A DNA stretch of 64,000 nt. It comes from a virus. Position numbers and translations under genes: made by a program. This document shows, piece by piece, positions 56,030-64,000 of the stretch (the first letter of the stretch is position 1; every line of letters begins with the position of its first letter). The stretch lies in the IMG/VR virus record IMGVR_UViG_3300014501_000016, positions 2,892 through 66,891 of that record. One strand, given 5' to 3'. The notes under the pieces are model-generated. The model had not been told where the DNA came from, made no database searches, and saw only the letters and a program-made list of their open reading frames with translations.

Positions 56030-56748
56030 GGCTCAATACCACATGCAAACATCGATGGCGGACTGACCACAGCGAGAACATGTCGCTGATTCACCGCGAT
56101 CAAACTTAATAACCGGTCCGTCCCACGCGTGACTGTCTTCTTTCCCGTCCACGCATTGCGGTCCACACACGTGTCGAGTAACGGTAACGCGCTTGATCTC
56201 CTCGGTACCCATAAAATGCTCTCCTTCCTCGTCTTCCATCGGCTCATTCCACATTACAATTCCTCCTGGCGCAGGACAGAGCCGCTCTTCTCTCTGGCTG
56301 TAGTTTCTGGCGCGGTAAATTCGTTTCCCTTGTGCCAATTGCACTTACCACCAGGATTTCGTACCGGTCGTCTGCAAATCTGATCGCCGTTAGAATCAAG
56401 CTTGCTCCCGTTCTTACACGGCGTACCGCAAAAGAAGTCGTAGCTCATGGCAGCAACTCCTTCGGTACTCGGGACAGCAGAGAATTTATTCGCGCTGCCT
56501 TTTTCATCTGAGCCACAGACAGCGACATCCGTAGGGCAGCATTTCCTTCAGTTCTCGGGCAAGATCTCTAATGGTGGCTTCGCGATCTCTTACTAGGAAT
56601 TCGGCTGACAGCACGCGCTTGGCCAACTCGGAGATCTCTTCATATGTCGGCCCCTGCGCCAAAACCATTCCGTGAGCAAGCATTCTTACCGCATGGGCTA
56701 ATTGCTGTAGCCTTACTTCGGATATTTCAGGCACAACCCTATCTGCGC

Positions 56749-57381
56749 TCAAAACGTCCCCTCTTTCGCGTTCTCCTGGTCGATCAACGTGGACAGGTGC
56801 GCGAGATAGTCCGTGCCCTGGTACTCGCCCTGGTGCTTGCTGCCCTGTTCGCGTGACCATCCGAGATGGGACCATGCTTCGAGGACTGGCGATTCAGGTT
56901 CGGGCTGATTCGTCTCGGTCGATTGGGTTTTCGTATCGTGAATTTGCGGGTTCGTCTCGGGAATCGCGCCGTTCGTCTTGACCGCGTGAAGCTTCATGGA
57001 TACCCGTTTGAGGCCAGCCTTGACCATGACCTCTTTGTCCGCTTTGAGGTCCGGTGAACCCCACACGCGGATGCAGTCTACGGTTTCGCCGCCAAGTTGA
57101 CATTGCGTGGGATAGATCGTGATCCGCTTGCCGACCCACTCACGGAGCGATGCTGTCACGGGAAAGATTTCGCTGATTAAACAAGCGTTTGTTTTGTTCA
57201 GCACGAGCAACTTCTTTTTGCCCACAAAGGTAAGAATGATTCCCGACTTCTTTCCTTTGCTCGTTACGAGCGTGTCTTTGTTTATCGCGCCAATCGTGAG
57301 CGTGACCGTTTTCTTGTTCAGGTCCTCGGCGGAAAGATACTTATCCGGGAACTCTTCTTTTAGGCTGCCTATAGTTTCCAT
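56749..57381 (-). CDS. Putative ssDNA-binding/annealing protein of recombination module
   Basis: FPDKYLSAEDL..TLTI...VLNKTNA...WVGKRITIY...DCIRV, family commonly found next to RecE-like nucleases. Confidence 0.55.
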   Translation of the reverse strand: METIGSLKEEFPDKYLSAEDLNKKTVTLTIGAINKDTLVTSKGKKSGIILTFVGKKKLLVLNKTNACLISEIFPVTASLREWVGKRITIYPTQCQLGGETVDCIRVWGSPDLKADKEVMVKAGLKRVSMKLHAVKTNGAIPETNPQIHDTKTQSTETNQPEPESPVLEAWSHLGWSREQGSKHQGEYQGTDYLAHLSTLIDQENAKEGTF

Positions 57382-57390
57382 CGCCAGCTC

Positions 57391-58590
57391 CTAGTAAGTG
57401 ATCGAAACGTTCGGAACTTCGCCCGCATCGATCAGGCCGATCACAACCACAGCGCTTGCTGCGTCGATCCCGTGAGCCACGAGCACGTTCACCGCGGCGC
57501 TTCCGATATCGGCTCGGTGCGCCTTATCGGCCTCCCGTTTCTTTCTCTCGCGTGCGATCGCATCCCGCTTCTCGTCCTCGGCTTTGCGAATGTCTTCCTG
57601 GCGCTTCCGTTCAGCGACAACGGCGGCATGACGGTCGAGCTCGGCCAGTCTCTCGGCTGCTATCCGGTCCGTCTCAACTTTCGCCGCCGCTGCTTTGCGG
57701 TCGATTTCGGCAATGCGCTCACGTTCCTCTGCGGCCAACTTATCGCGCTGAGCCTTCGCCCTGGCATCGTCAATTGACTTCTGAAGCCGCGCCTCGGACT
57801 CTTTCCGTTCACGTTCAAGTCGCGATTTTTCCTCGGCTGCGATACGGTTCAGTTCATCTTCCCGTTGCTTGGCTGCGAGCGAGTTCGCTTCCTCGCGGCG
57901 TTTGGCTTCGGCCTCAGCCTTCAGTCGCGCATCTTCCGCAATCTTGGTCTCGCGCTCGACCCGGGCCTTCTCTTCGGCTTCGGCGCGGAGACGGTTTTGC
58001 TGTTCGCGCTCAGCGTCGGCCCTCAGGATGCGGCCTTCCTGTTCTTTCAGGTTCCACGCGGCCTTATCGTGTGCGGCCAATGCGCGCTTGGTGAATTCCT
58101 GGAAGTTGTGATCCCACAGCCCATCCAGCCTTTTGGATGTGCGGCAAACCACATCAATGGAGACGAATGACGATGCGGCGATCTCGGACATCGCCAGGAT
58201 TCTATCCTCGTGCCCCTTGACGCGAGCGGTTTCGGCATTCCTCCACTCGGTGAGCGGTGCCATTACCTCATTTTTGAGCGCCTCGAGTTCATCCCAGACG
58301 AGGCGACCCTCGGCATCGACCGCGGACAGGCGCCTCTTCTCGTCCGCAACCAGGGACTTGCGCTGGTCGTCGATGAACGTCTTGGTCCTGGCCACCTTAT
58401 AGGCGAGTGAACCGATCGCTTTCCGGCCCGCTTCCGAGCCGATGTCCGTCTCGATTGCGCGAACCTCGGCCTTGATGCGCTCGAGGATTGGATTGAGGGC
58501 ACCCGGGGAGAATAGCTGCACCGCGGTCATGTGCTCGACCGTAACTAAGGCTGTAGCTGGCTCTGCGACTTCTACTGAATCATCTCGCAC
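57391..58590 (-). CDS. Phage coiled-coil protein (DUF1351-like)
   Basis: GRKAIGSLAYKVARTKT.ID.....L......VDAE...PLTEW; long EAK-rich coil; C-terminal HR..I...VPNVSITY. Confidence 0.7.
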   Translation of the reverse strand: MRDDSVEVAEPATALVTVEHMTAVQLFSPGALNPILERIKAEVRAIETDIGSEAGRKAIGSLAYKVARTKTFIDDQRKSLVADEKRRLSAVDAEGRLVWDELEALKNEVMAPLTEWRNAETARVKGHEDRILAMSEIAASSFVSIDVVCRTSKRLDGLWDHNFQEFTKRALAAHDKAAWNLKEQEGRILRADAEREQQNRLRAEAEEKARVERETKIAEDARLKAEAEAKRREEANSLAAKQREDELNRIAAEEKSRLERERKESEARLQKSIDDARAKAQRDKLAAEERERIAEIDRKAAAAKVETDRIAAERLAELDRHAAVVAERKRQEDIRKAEDEKRDAIARERKKREADKAHRADIGSAAVNVLVAHGIDAASAVVVIGLIDAGEVPNVSITY

Positions 58591-58796
58591 GTGTTACCTC
58601 TCGATCGGTTTCTCGATGATGCAAACTTCGAAGGATAGATGGGCGACTCCGGCGCGGTCGAAGCTGTCGCTGATCGACTCACCGTTAACGCGTGAGTCCG
58701 GAGCCGTTCCAGTCATTAGCTGAGCCATCTATCCCCCGTCCCGGGAAGCTTCGGCAACAAGGGCCTAATTACACCTTTGCCCGGGATTTACCAATG

Positions 58797-59636
58797 TCAT
58801 CTCTCAATAGGTTCCAAACCACTGAATTCAAAGTCACCGCCCGGAAACGCCCACGACGGCAACTGCAGCTTCTGTTCACCTTCGACCGCAGCCGGCCACT
58901 TGTTCGTGCGCTCGCATTCGGCCAAGGTCTCGATCCATTTCGAAACCAGTTGCTGTCCCTGGCGCAGGACATCGTTCGTGGTCAAATAGACGGCGGTCTC
59001 ATGCGGTGGCTTGCTCTCGACGGCGATTGTTACCATTCGCGGAAGTTGGTGATTGAGTTGAAAGAATCCGTTTTGATAGATGGCGTCTTGGCAGTGATAT
59101 GCCATCTTCGCGTACTGGCTCGCGAATCTGAAGTCGCGGCAATCGATTGTGCTCTTCAGGCTGATCAGTACCGGCTCCTCATCGATTCCGATCTCAATGA
59201 AGTTGTCGATGCGAGCCTTTAAATCCCGCCTGAACGATGGATCGCGCCAGACCATCGTGAGTTCTTTCTTGCCATGGCTAAGATACTTATGTGCGTCCGG
59301 ATTCGCATGCACGGCTTCGACCATGCCGCGAATATGTGCCTCTTCCTTGACGTTGAGCAGAATCTTGCCTTCATTCTGTTCGCACCAATCTGTGTACTTG
59401 TGACCGGCGCGAATGCCGGGCCCGCTCCAGGTCGCGAACTTATACATATCCGGTTCCAGAATCGCAGTGTGCGCATGGTTGCCTAAGATCATCGGTGCAG
59501 TGGCCGGAGTCGGGTTATCAACGTTGTACCGGTAGGCAAGCGGTGATCTCTCGATATATTTGAGCGAGCTGAAGTTCACCGCCTCGATGGCGCAATATTC
59601 GTCGAATGGCAGTCCCTCGTAAAATCCAGGTTTCAT
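58797..59636 (-). CDS. RecE/exonuclease VIII-like PD-(D/E)XK nuclease (DUF3799)
   Basis: PGFYEGL...Y..I.AVN.SSLK, LGNHAH..ILEP, KARID, SLKST, YHCQ.A.Y, IAVESKPP. Confidence 0.85.
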   Translation of the reverse strand: MKPGFYEGLPFDEYCAIEAVNFSSLKYIERSPLAYRYNVDNPTPATAPMILGNHAHTAILEPDMYKFATWSGPGIRAGHKYTDWCEQNEGKILLNVKEEAHIRGMVEAVHANPDAHKYLSHGKKELTMVWRDPSFRRDLKARIDNFIEIGIDEEPVLISLKSTIDCRDFRFASQYAKMAYHCQDAIYQNGFFQLNHQLPRMVTIAVESKPPHETAVYLTTNDVLRQGQQLVSKWIETLAECERTNKWPAAVEGEQKLQLPSWAFPGGDFEFSGLEPIER

Positions 59637-60179
59637 AGGCTGGCCAACGTGAACCCGATCGCAAAACAGACGAGAGTAAACCCGATGCTGCCCAGGATCG
59701 CGCGAAAGAACCGGACCGCATCCTCGCGTTCCTTGGCGCGTGCGAACATGTAAGCGGCTTGGGATTGATCCTGGCGCATGGTTTCGAAATGGGTCTCGTA
59801 GTCATATGGAATGACGATTCGAGAGCGAAGGAATTCTGGATTCTCGTAGGGACTATTAACTCGCATCACTGCACCGTCTCTTTCTGGTCTAACTCAAATT
59901 CAGTCGGAGGCCCATATTTGTCGTTAAGGTCAAGGATCATGCGAAGTAGACGGTCATGGCAGCAATCCAAGCAGGGGCAAACGATGTGACCGGGCTCGAT
60001 CGATGACAGCATGTCGAGTTGGGCCCACCTGCGCTGTTCCTTTAGGTAACGATGGCGCGCACGCGCCCACTTCGCGCGCCTGGTTTCGCAGTTGAAGTCG
60101 ATACCTGAACTTCCACCGGGCCTGCAATCGCCGAAAGGTGGACACGGGCTCCATGCAAGGGAGATGTCTTCGTCGCTGA

Positions 60180-60548
60180 TCATGATGACAACCCCCTCCA
60201 TTCGATCCAGCGGCGCTGGAGTTCGGCCTTTGCTTCTGGGGTCTTGAGGCGGTTTAGGCACGCGGACGTCAGCCTTTCCGACACACCGTAAAGCGAATCC
60301 CAAAGCACACCGCCGTGGTACCGCCCATTGCAATAGAAGGCGTTCGCTATCTCAGCGCAGATGAGGCACGTCTTTGTTTGCCAGTGGCTATTGTCATTGA
60401 ATCCGCTGGCTAATTCGTAGAGTGTGCCCTTGGGAATCGTGCATTCACATTCGCTGCACTCCCACTGCTTGCCAGCATGAACGATCACGCACCTGTAGCC
60501 AGTGCACGCATCGCCCGAGAAAGATAGGCAAACTCCGCAATCGCTCAT
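60180..60548 (-). CDS. Cys-rich hypothetical phage protein
   Basis: AGKQWECSECECTIPKG..Y...KTCLIC. Confidence 0.6.
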   Translation of the reverse strand: MSDCGVCLSFSGDACTGYRCVIVHAGKQWECSECECTIPKGTLYELASGFNDNSHWQTKTCLICAEIANAFYCNGRYHGGVLWDSLYGVSERLTSACLNRLKTPEAKAELQRRWIEWRGLSS

Positions 60549-60709
60549 GACCGCACCTCGATCCCGTACAGCGACAAGTGCCGGTACAGCGTCGACCGCG
60601 AGATACCGAGCATGGACGCGGCCTTGTTCTTGTTGCCGCCACAGAGACCCATCACGAACACGATGTGAAGGCGGACGATGGTTGCGAGCGTGGTGTCCTG
60701 GTCGGTCAT
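60545..60709 (-). CDS. Fis-type HTH protein (54 aa, not in ORF track)
   Basis: MTDQDTTLATIVRLHIVFVMGLCGGNKNKAASMLGISRSTLYRHLSLYGIEVRS. Confidence 0.8.
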   Translation of the reverse strand: MTDQDTTLATIVRLHIVFVMGLCGGNKNKAASMLGISRSTLYRHLSLYGIEVRS

Positions 60710-60954
60710 GCGGCACCTTCTGTCGGCGTCGCCACGAACGTGCGCTCATCCAACCCAGGATCAGGACGGGCAGAGTCCCAGACGAAACCCATCTCGGCAC
60801 CGAGCTTCTTCCATGCCCTGTTCGCGATTTCCTGCGGGTCGTCGAACATGGGAACTCCACCGCTGGCGTACATTACTCGCTGATCGCGCGCCACTTTCAT
60901 GGCTTCCATCAGCGTTGCGAACTGCTCATCGTTCATTCGGAATTCGCGCTTCAT
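60706..60954 (-). CDS. Hypothetical phage protein
   Basis: PQEIANRAWKKLGAEMGFVWDS.RP; coupled ORF. Confidence 0.6.
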   Translation of the reverse strand: MKREFRMNDEQFATLMEAMKVARDQRVMYASGGVPMFDDPQEIANRAWKKLGAEMGFVWDSARPDPGLDERTFVATPTEGAA

Positions 60955-61010
60955 GCCGCACCCTCCGATTCACTGCCCATCTCGTCGCGTTCGTACTCGT
61001 CGGAAGCCTG

Positions 61011-61256
61011 CTATATGCGCCACGGTTTAGGGTCGATTAACAGTTCCGCGCACTTGCGCCTAATCGTGTTCCGGTGCATGCCCAGTTCAGCAGCGGCGTG
61101 ACACTGATTTCCCCGGTGATGTTCAAGGGTCCAGACGATGAACGCCCGCTCGAACTCATACATGGCGAGTTCATAGTTGACGTCGCTGGCCTTCAGGGAC
61201 CGGACGGCGTTGTCGAGCGCGAGGCTGGCGGAAATTGGCAGGTTGTAACGGCTCAT
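61011..61256 (-). CDS. Fis-type HTH protein
   Basis: FERAFIVWTLEHHRGNQCHAAAELGMHRNTIRRK. Confidence 0.85.
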   Translation of the reverse strand: MSRYNLPISASLALDNAVRSLKASDVNYELAMYEFERAFIVWTLEHHRGNQCHAAAELGMHRNTIRRKCAELLIDPKPWRI

Positions 61257-62118
61257 CGCGGCACCTCGCTGGCGCGCACGAATGCTTTAATGCCCAGAGC
61301 CGCGTCGCATGAATCAGCCACGAGTTGGGCTAGGTCGGGTGAACTGTTCCCAGATTGATAGCTGCGAAGTGCATGGGAAGCGACCCTAAGTAACTTCTCG
61401 CCCTGAGCAATGCATGAGCGGCAAAGCAGGAACGGTTCCCAGTCTTCCTCCGGGCGCTCGGGACCGTAAGCGATCTTGGAGTCGCACCGTTTGCAGCGGT
61501 AGTAATCGCGAAGGGCCATCACAGGCACCTCACAAGCGCCAGAGCCTTTTCCATGTCCTGCCACCGGCGAAAGAGCGGATCGACGATGTGTTCCCACTTG
61601 TGGCCAGGAAGATCATGCTTGGTTGCGGCCCAGACCAGGAATGCATGGTCGCATTCCTGTTCGAGACGGGACTCGACGCGGGCAAGGTAGAGTTCGCGCA
61701 CGATGATGGACGTGTTCGTGGTCGGCTTAGGGGCGAGCGTTAGGGTGCGGATCACGGACGCCTCCCTAAAATGCGTGCTGCTTCGGCCCCGTTGTCTTGT
61801 TGGAGATATTCGCCGTCCGCTAACCCGAGCGCGGTTCGGACTTCCTTAATGCGCTGTGGGGTAGTTGGCAGGCCGCCGATGTATTTCAGCTTGCAAATCG
61901 AGCAGCATGCTTCGCCCGTCACGGATGCGAACAGGTCGCCACGTAGGTTGGTGCCGCAAATCGGACAGCGGCTCATTGGGCCGACCAAAAACAGCCGAGA
62001 AGGCCGATCAGAACCGGAACGAGGTAGGCTCCGGCGATGACGACGACGAGCTGAAAGTTATAGAGCTCGGAGACTTCTTCGAGTTCCAGAGTTGTTGCGG
62101 GTTCGGTAATTGTGGTTG

Positions 62119-62871
62119 TTACTGTAGCGCGCATGAGGGGTGCCTCCGTTTAAGCTCGTGCCATCCACCGTGGCCATGCGGAAGAACGCATAAGAGAATA
62201 TCGCCGGCAGTAGACTTGCCACCGCCGCTGACACAGTGCGTGGGCTTCCAGCCGAGAGGGAAACTTAGTTCTAGTCCTTCCCTCGCAGAGTCCAGCCAGC
62301 CCCTGCCATCTTCCATCCGGTGCATCCCGGGATGAGATGGAGGTAGGACGCAATAGAGCGGGCCGTCGAGGCCTTGAGCGAAGGAAGCGCAATAGCTAAC
62401 CGCAGCCTGAATGGCGCTCTCCGCCACCTGGAGCCCGGATTTAATATCGGAAAAGTCCTGCACCATCTCGTTCAGGGCCTTCTGTATCGCAGGCCCGTAG
62501 CCGGCCGATTTCTCTGTCTCGCCGATTGAATCCGCAGGGATCGAGAAAACGGGTTTCCACAGATTGCCGCCGGAATTGGAATAGTGCTGGCCCTTGTGCC
62601 CGGATAGCCTATTGCAAGCGAACTTTTCTTCTGAATCCGGACCCTTCTGGCAAACTATGCCGCATTCACTGCGCGATACCTTGAAGGAATCAAACAGGTC
62701 TTCGATAAGTTCCGAGCAGTCCAGGCAATAACTGCGCGGACTGTCCGTTGGAACGAAAATCTCGCCATGCCATCCCGTGAGTTGGAGCGAGACCGTGCCC
62801 CACTTAGGCGGGAGGTTATTTGATTTCGCTTCCAGCCCGCATCGATCGCAGACGTAATGAATTGACTTCAT
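62119..62871 (-). CDS. Hypothetical protein with Zn-ribbon and three C-x5-H-x-G-x-H repeats
   Basis: CDRC...CLDC; CNRLSGHKGQH, CVLPPSHPGMH, CVLPHGHGGWH. Confidence 0.6.
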   Translation of the reverse strand: MKSIHYVCDRCGLEAKSNNLPPKWGTVSLQLTGWHGEIFVPTDSPRSYCLDCSELIEDLFDSFKVSRSECGIVCQKGPDSEEKFACNRLSGHKGQHYSNSGGNLWKPVFSIPADSIGETEKSAGYGPAIQKALNEMVQDFSDIKSGLQVAESAIQAAVSYCASFAQGLDGPLYCVLPPSHPGMHRMEDGRGWLDSAREGLELSFPLGWKPTHCVSGGGKSTAGDILLCVLPHGHGGWHELKRRHPSCALQ

Positions 62872-63998
62872 ACGCGTTCCTCCTCGTATTGGCGAGGATG
62901 TTGCGGACGTTCGATAAACCGGGTCCAGTGGCCATCCCTGTTTATTTCTTTGGGGCTGAAAGCGACTTCTATCGCGTTGCGGAAGCTGCCAAATAGCCGA
63001 TAGTATGGCCATGCGCTGAATGCAAAAAATCCGCGGTTCATGTCGGTCGTGCGAGGGAGGCGTCGATTGTTGTAATAAAAGACGCGCAACTGCTGAATAA
63101 GAAATTCCTCAGATGGAAGCCTCACTTGGCCCCCGCTCGCGTTAGGGAGAAGCCCAGCCAATTTCATCGCTTGGGTAACAGAGCCAAAGTGATATATAAG
63201 ATCGCTTTGCGCGACACCGGCAGCCGCTAGCTCGGTGACGGTGGGCGTCCGGCCCAGGTCTTTAGCGAGTGCGGAAACCTTCTGGAGAGTTTGCTCCCTG
63301 CACGTTCCTGCCGCGTTTCGATTCTCTGCTTTCCCCGGAAGAGTTGTTCCCCTTGTAGTTCCCCGTCTAGCGTTGAGCTTGGCCATGCGTTCGGCGGCCT
63401 GCTCGGGATCCAGCATCCCTTCGCGCCTACGCGATGCGCTGCTAAGGCGAACCCGAAGCGAGTCTGGAACGAGCGCAGTTTTTTTCTTCAGACCATGCTT
63501 GGCCTTATATTCCGTTGCCGAAATAAAGTGGAGCTTTATGTGATTAGCGAGGTTGTGGCGATAGTCGCCGCATTCGTGACATCTCATGCTCTCCGAGGAA
63601 GCATCGTACTCGATGGCACCCCTGATACTCTCGCCAGACTTCTCGAACGGAGCCTTAGCTTCATAGAGATAGACGTTGCCGTTTATCACCACGCGGCGAT
63701 CGGAGGCATCAACTGGAAAGGATGCCGTGTACGCCGATTCCCATGAGCCAAAACACCTGCGAATAGCGACCCGATTCGGCGTCCCGTTCTGGCGGGAGCG
63801 CAGGCATTCGCCCCAGTTGGGAAATCGGCCTGTCCTTTCCTTGAACGCCCTCAGCGCATCGACGATTTGCGGGCGGCGTTTTTCGGCAGACAGAGAAGCA
63901 GCTTCTGGCTTACGGCAAGTAGTTTTGGGATGGGTATTGCTGGAGGGAGAATCGCAAACTGTTGAACTGTCGAGGGTTTTTACGTTCGAGCTGTTAGG
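62868..63998 (-). CDS. MucR/Ros-like Zn finger plus homing-endonuclease-associated repeats; 5' end outside window
   Basis: Frame stays open to window edge; CHECG...LANHIKLH....EYKAKHGL; repeats LRAFKERTGRFP...FGSW, LAKDLGRTPT...HFGSV, RRLPRT...LFGSF. Confidence 0.7.
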   Translation of the reverse strand, partial: PNSSNVKTLDSSTVCDSPSSNTHPKTTCRKPEAASLSAEKRRPQIVDALRAFKERTGRFPNWGECLRSRQNGTPNRVAIRRCFGSWESAYTASFPVDASDRRVVINGNVYLYEAKAPFEKSGESIRGAIEYDASSESMRCHECGDYRHNLANHIKLHFISATEYKAKHGLKKKTALVPDSLRVRLSSASRRREGMLDPEQAAERMAKLNARRGTTRGTTLPGKAENRNAAGTCREQTLQKVSALAKDLGRTPTVTELAAAGVAQSDLIYHFGSVTQAMKLAGLLPNASGGQVRLPSEEFLIQQLRVFYYNNRRLPRTTDMNRGFFAFSAWPYYRLFGSFRNAIEVAFSPKEINRDGHWTRFIERPQHPRQYEEERV

Positions 63999-64000
63999 AA

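Larger units (their letters stand above)
1..64000. mobile_element. HK97-like siphovirus genome (prophage or circularised phage contig), partial
   Basis: Continuous lysis, packaging, head, tail and replication modules; no host housekeeping genes seen; HNH/cos/terminase lie internally, so the sequence is integrated or circularly permuted. Confidence 0.95.

Noticed and set aside
1-64000. CRISPR array, rRNA, canonical tRNA, integrase/att site, transposase
   Set aside because: No regularly spaced repeats, complete cloverleaf or recombinase/transposase motifs recognised by eye

Overview
The whole window reads as most of the genome of one HK97-fold, long non-contractile-tailed (siphovirus-type) phage. 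No host housekeeping genes, integrase or repressor lie inside it. Order on the + strand: lysis cassette (SLT endolysin and small membrane proteins), HNH, probable cos region, ParB-like and ABC-ATPase/GNAT genes, then a leftward accessory operon (DUF932, clamp-loader-like AAA+, ASCH). After that come terS, terL, portal, S49 protease, capsid, neck and tail genes (with a -1 frameshifted tail chaperone), tape measure, Dit and hub. An 11-kb block of six signal-peptide-bearing genes follows (five of them large, Cys-rich and fibre/adhesin-like), then NlpC/P60, a gpJ-like tip protein with nested insertions and a short tail fibre. From ~47.1 kb to the end, a - strand block holds replication, recombination and regulatory genes (HNHs, J-domain, replication initiator, SNF2-methyltransferase fusion, cold-shock domain, RecE-like exonuclease, Fis-like HTHs, MucR-like protein). 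The style of the exported proteins suggests an Acidobacteriota-like Gram-negative host (inference). The most striking observation is the block of Sec-exported, tail-fibre-like proteins translationally coupled into the tail operon. It suggests receptor-binding or decoration proteins that fold in the periplasm and join the virion at or after lysis. All family assignments come from motif recognition by eye, not database searches.
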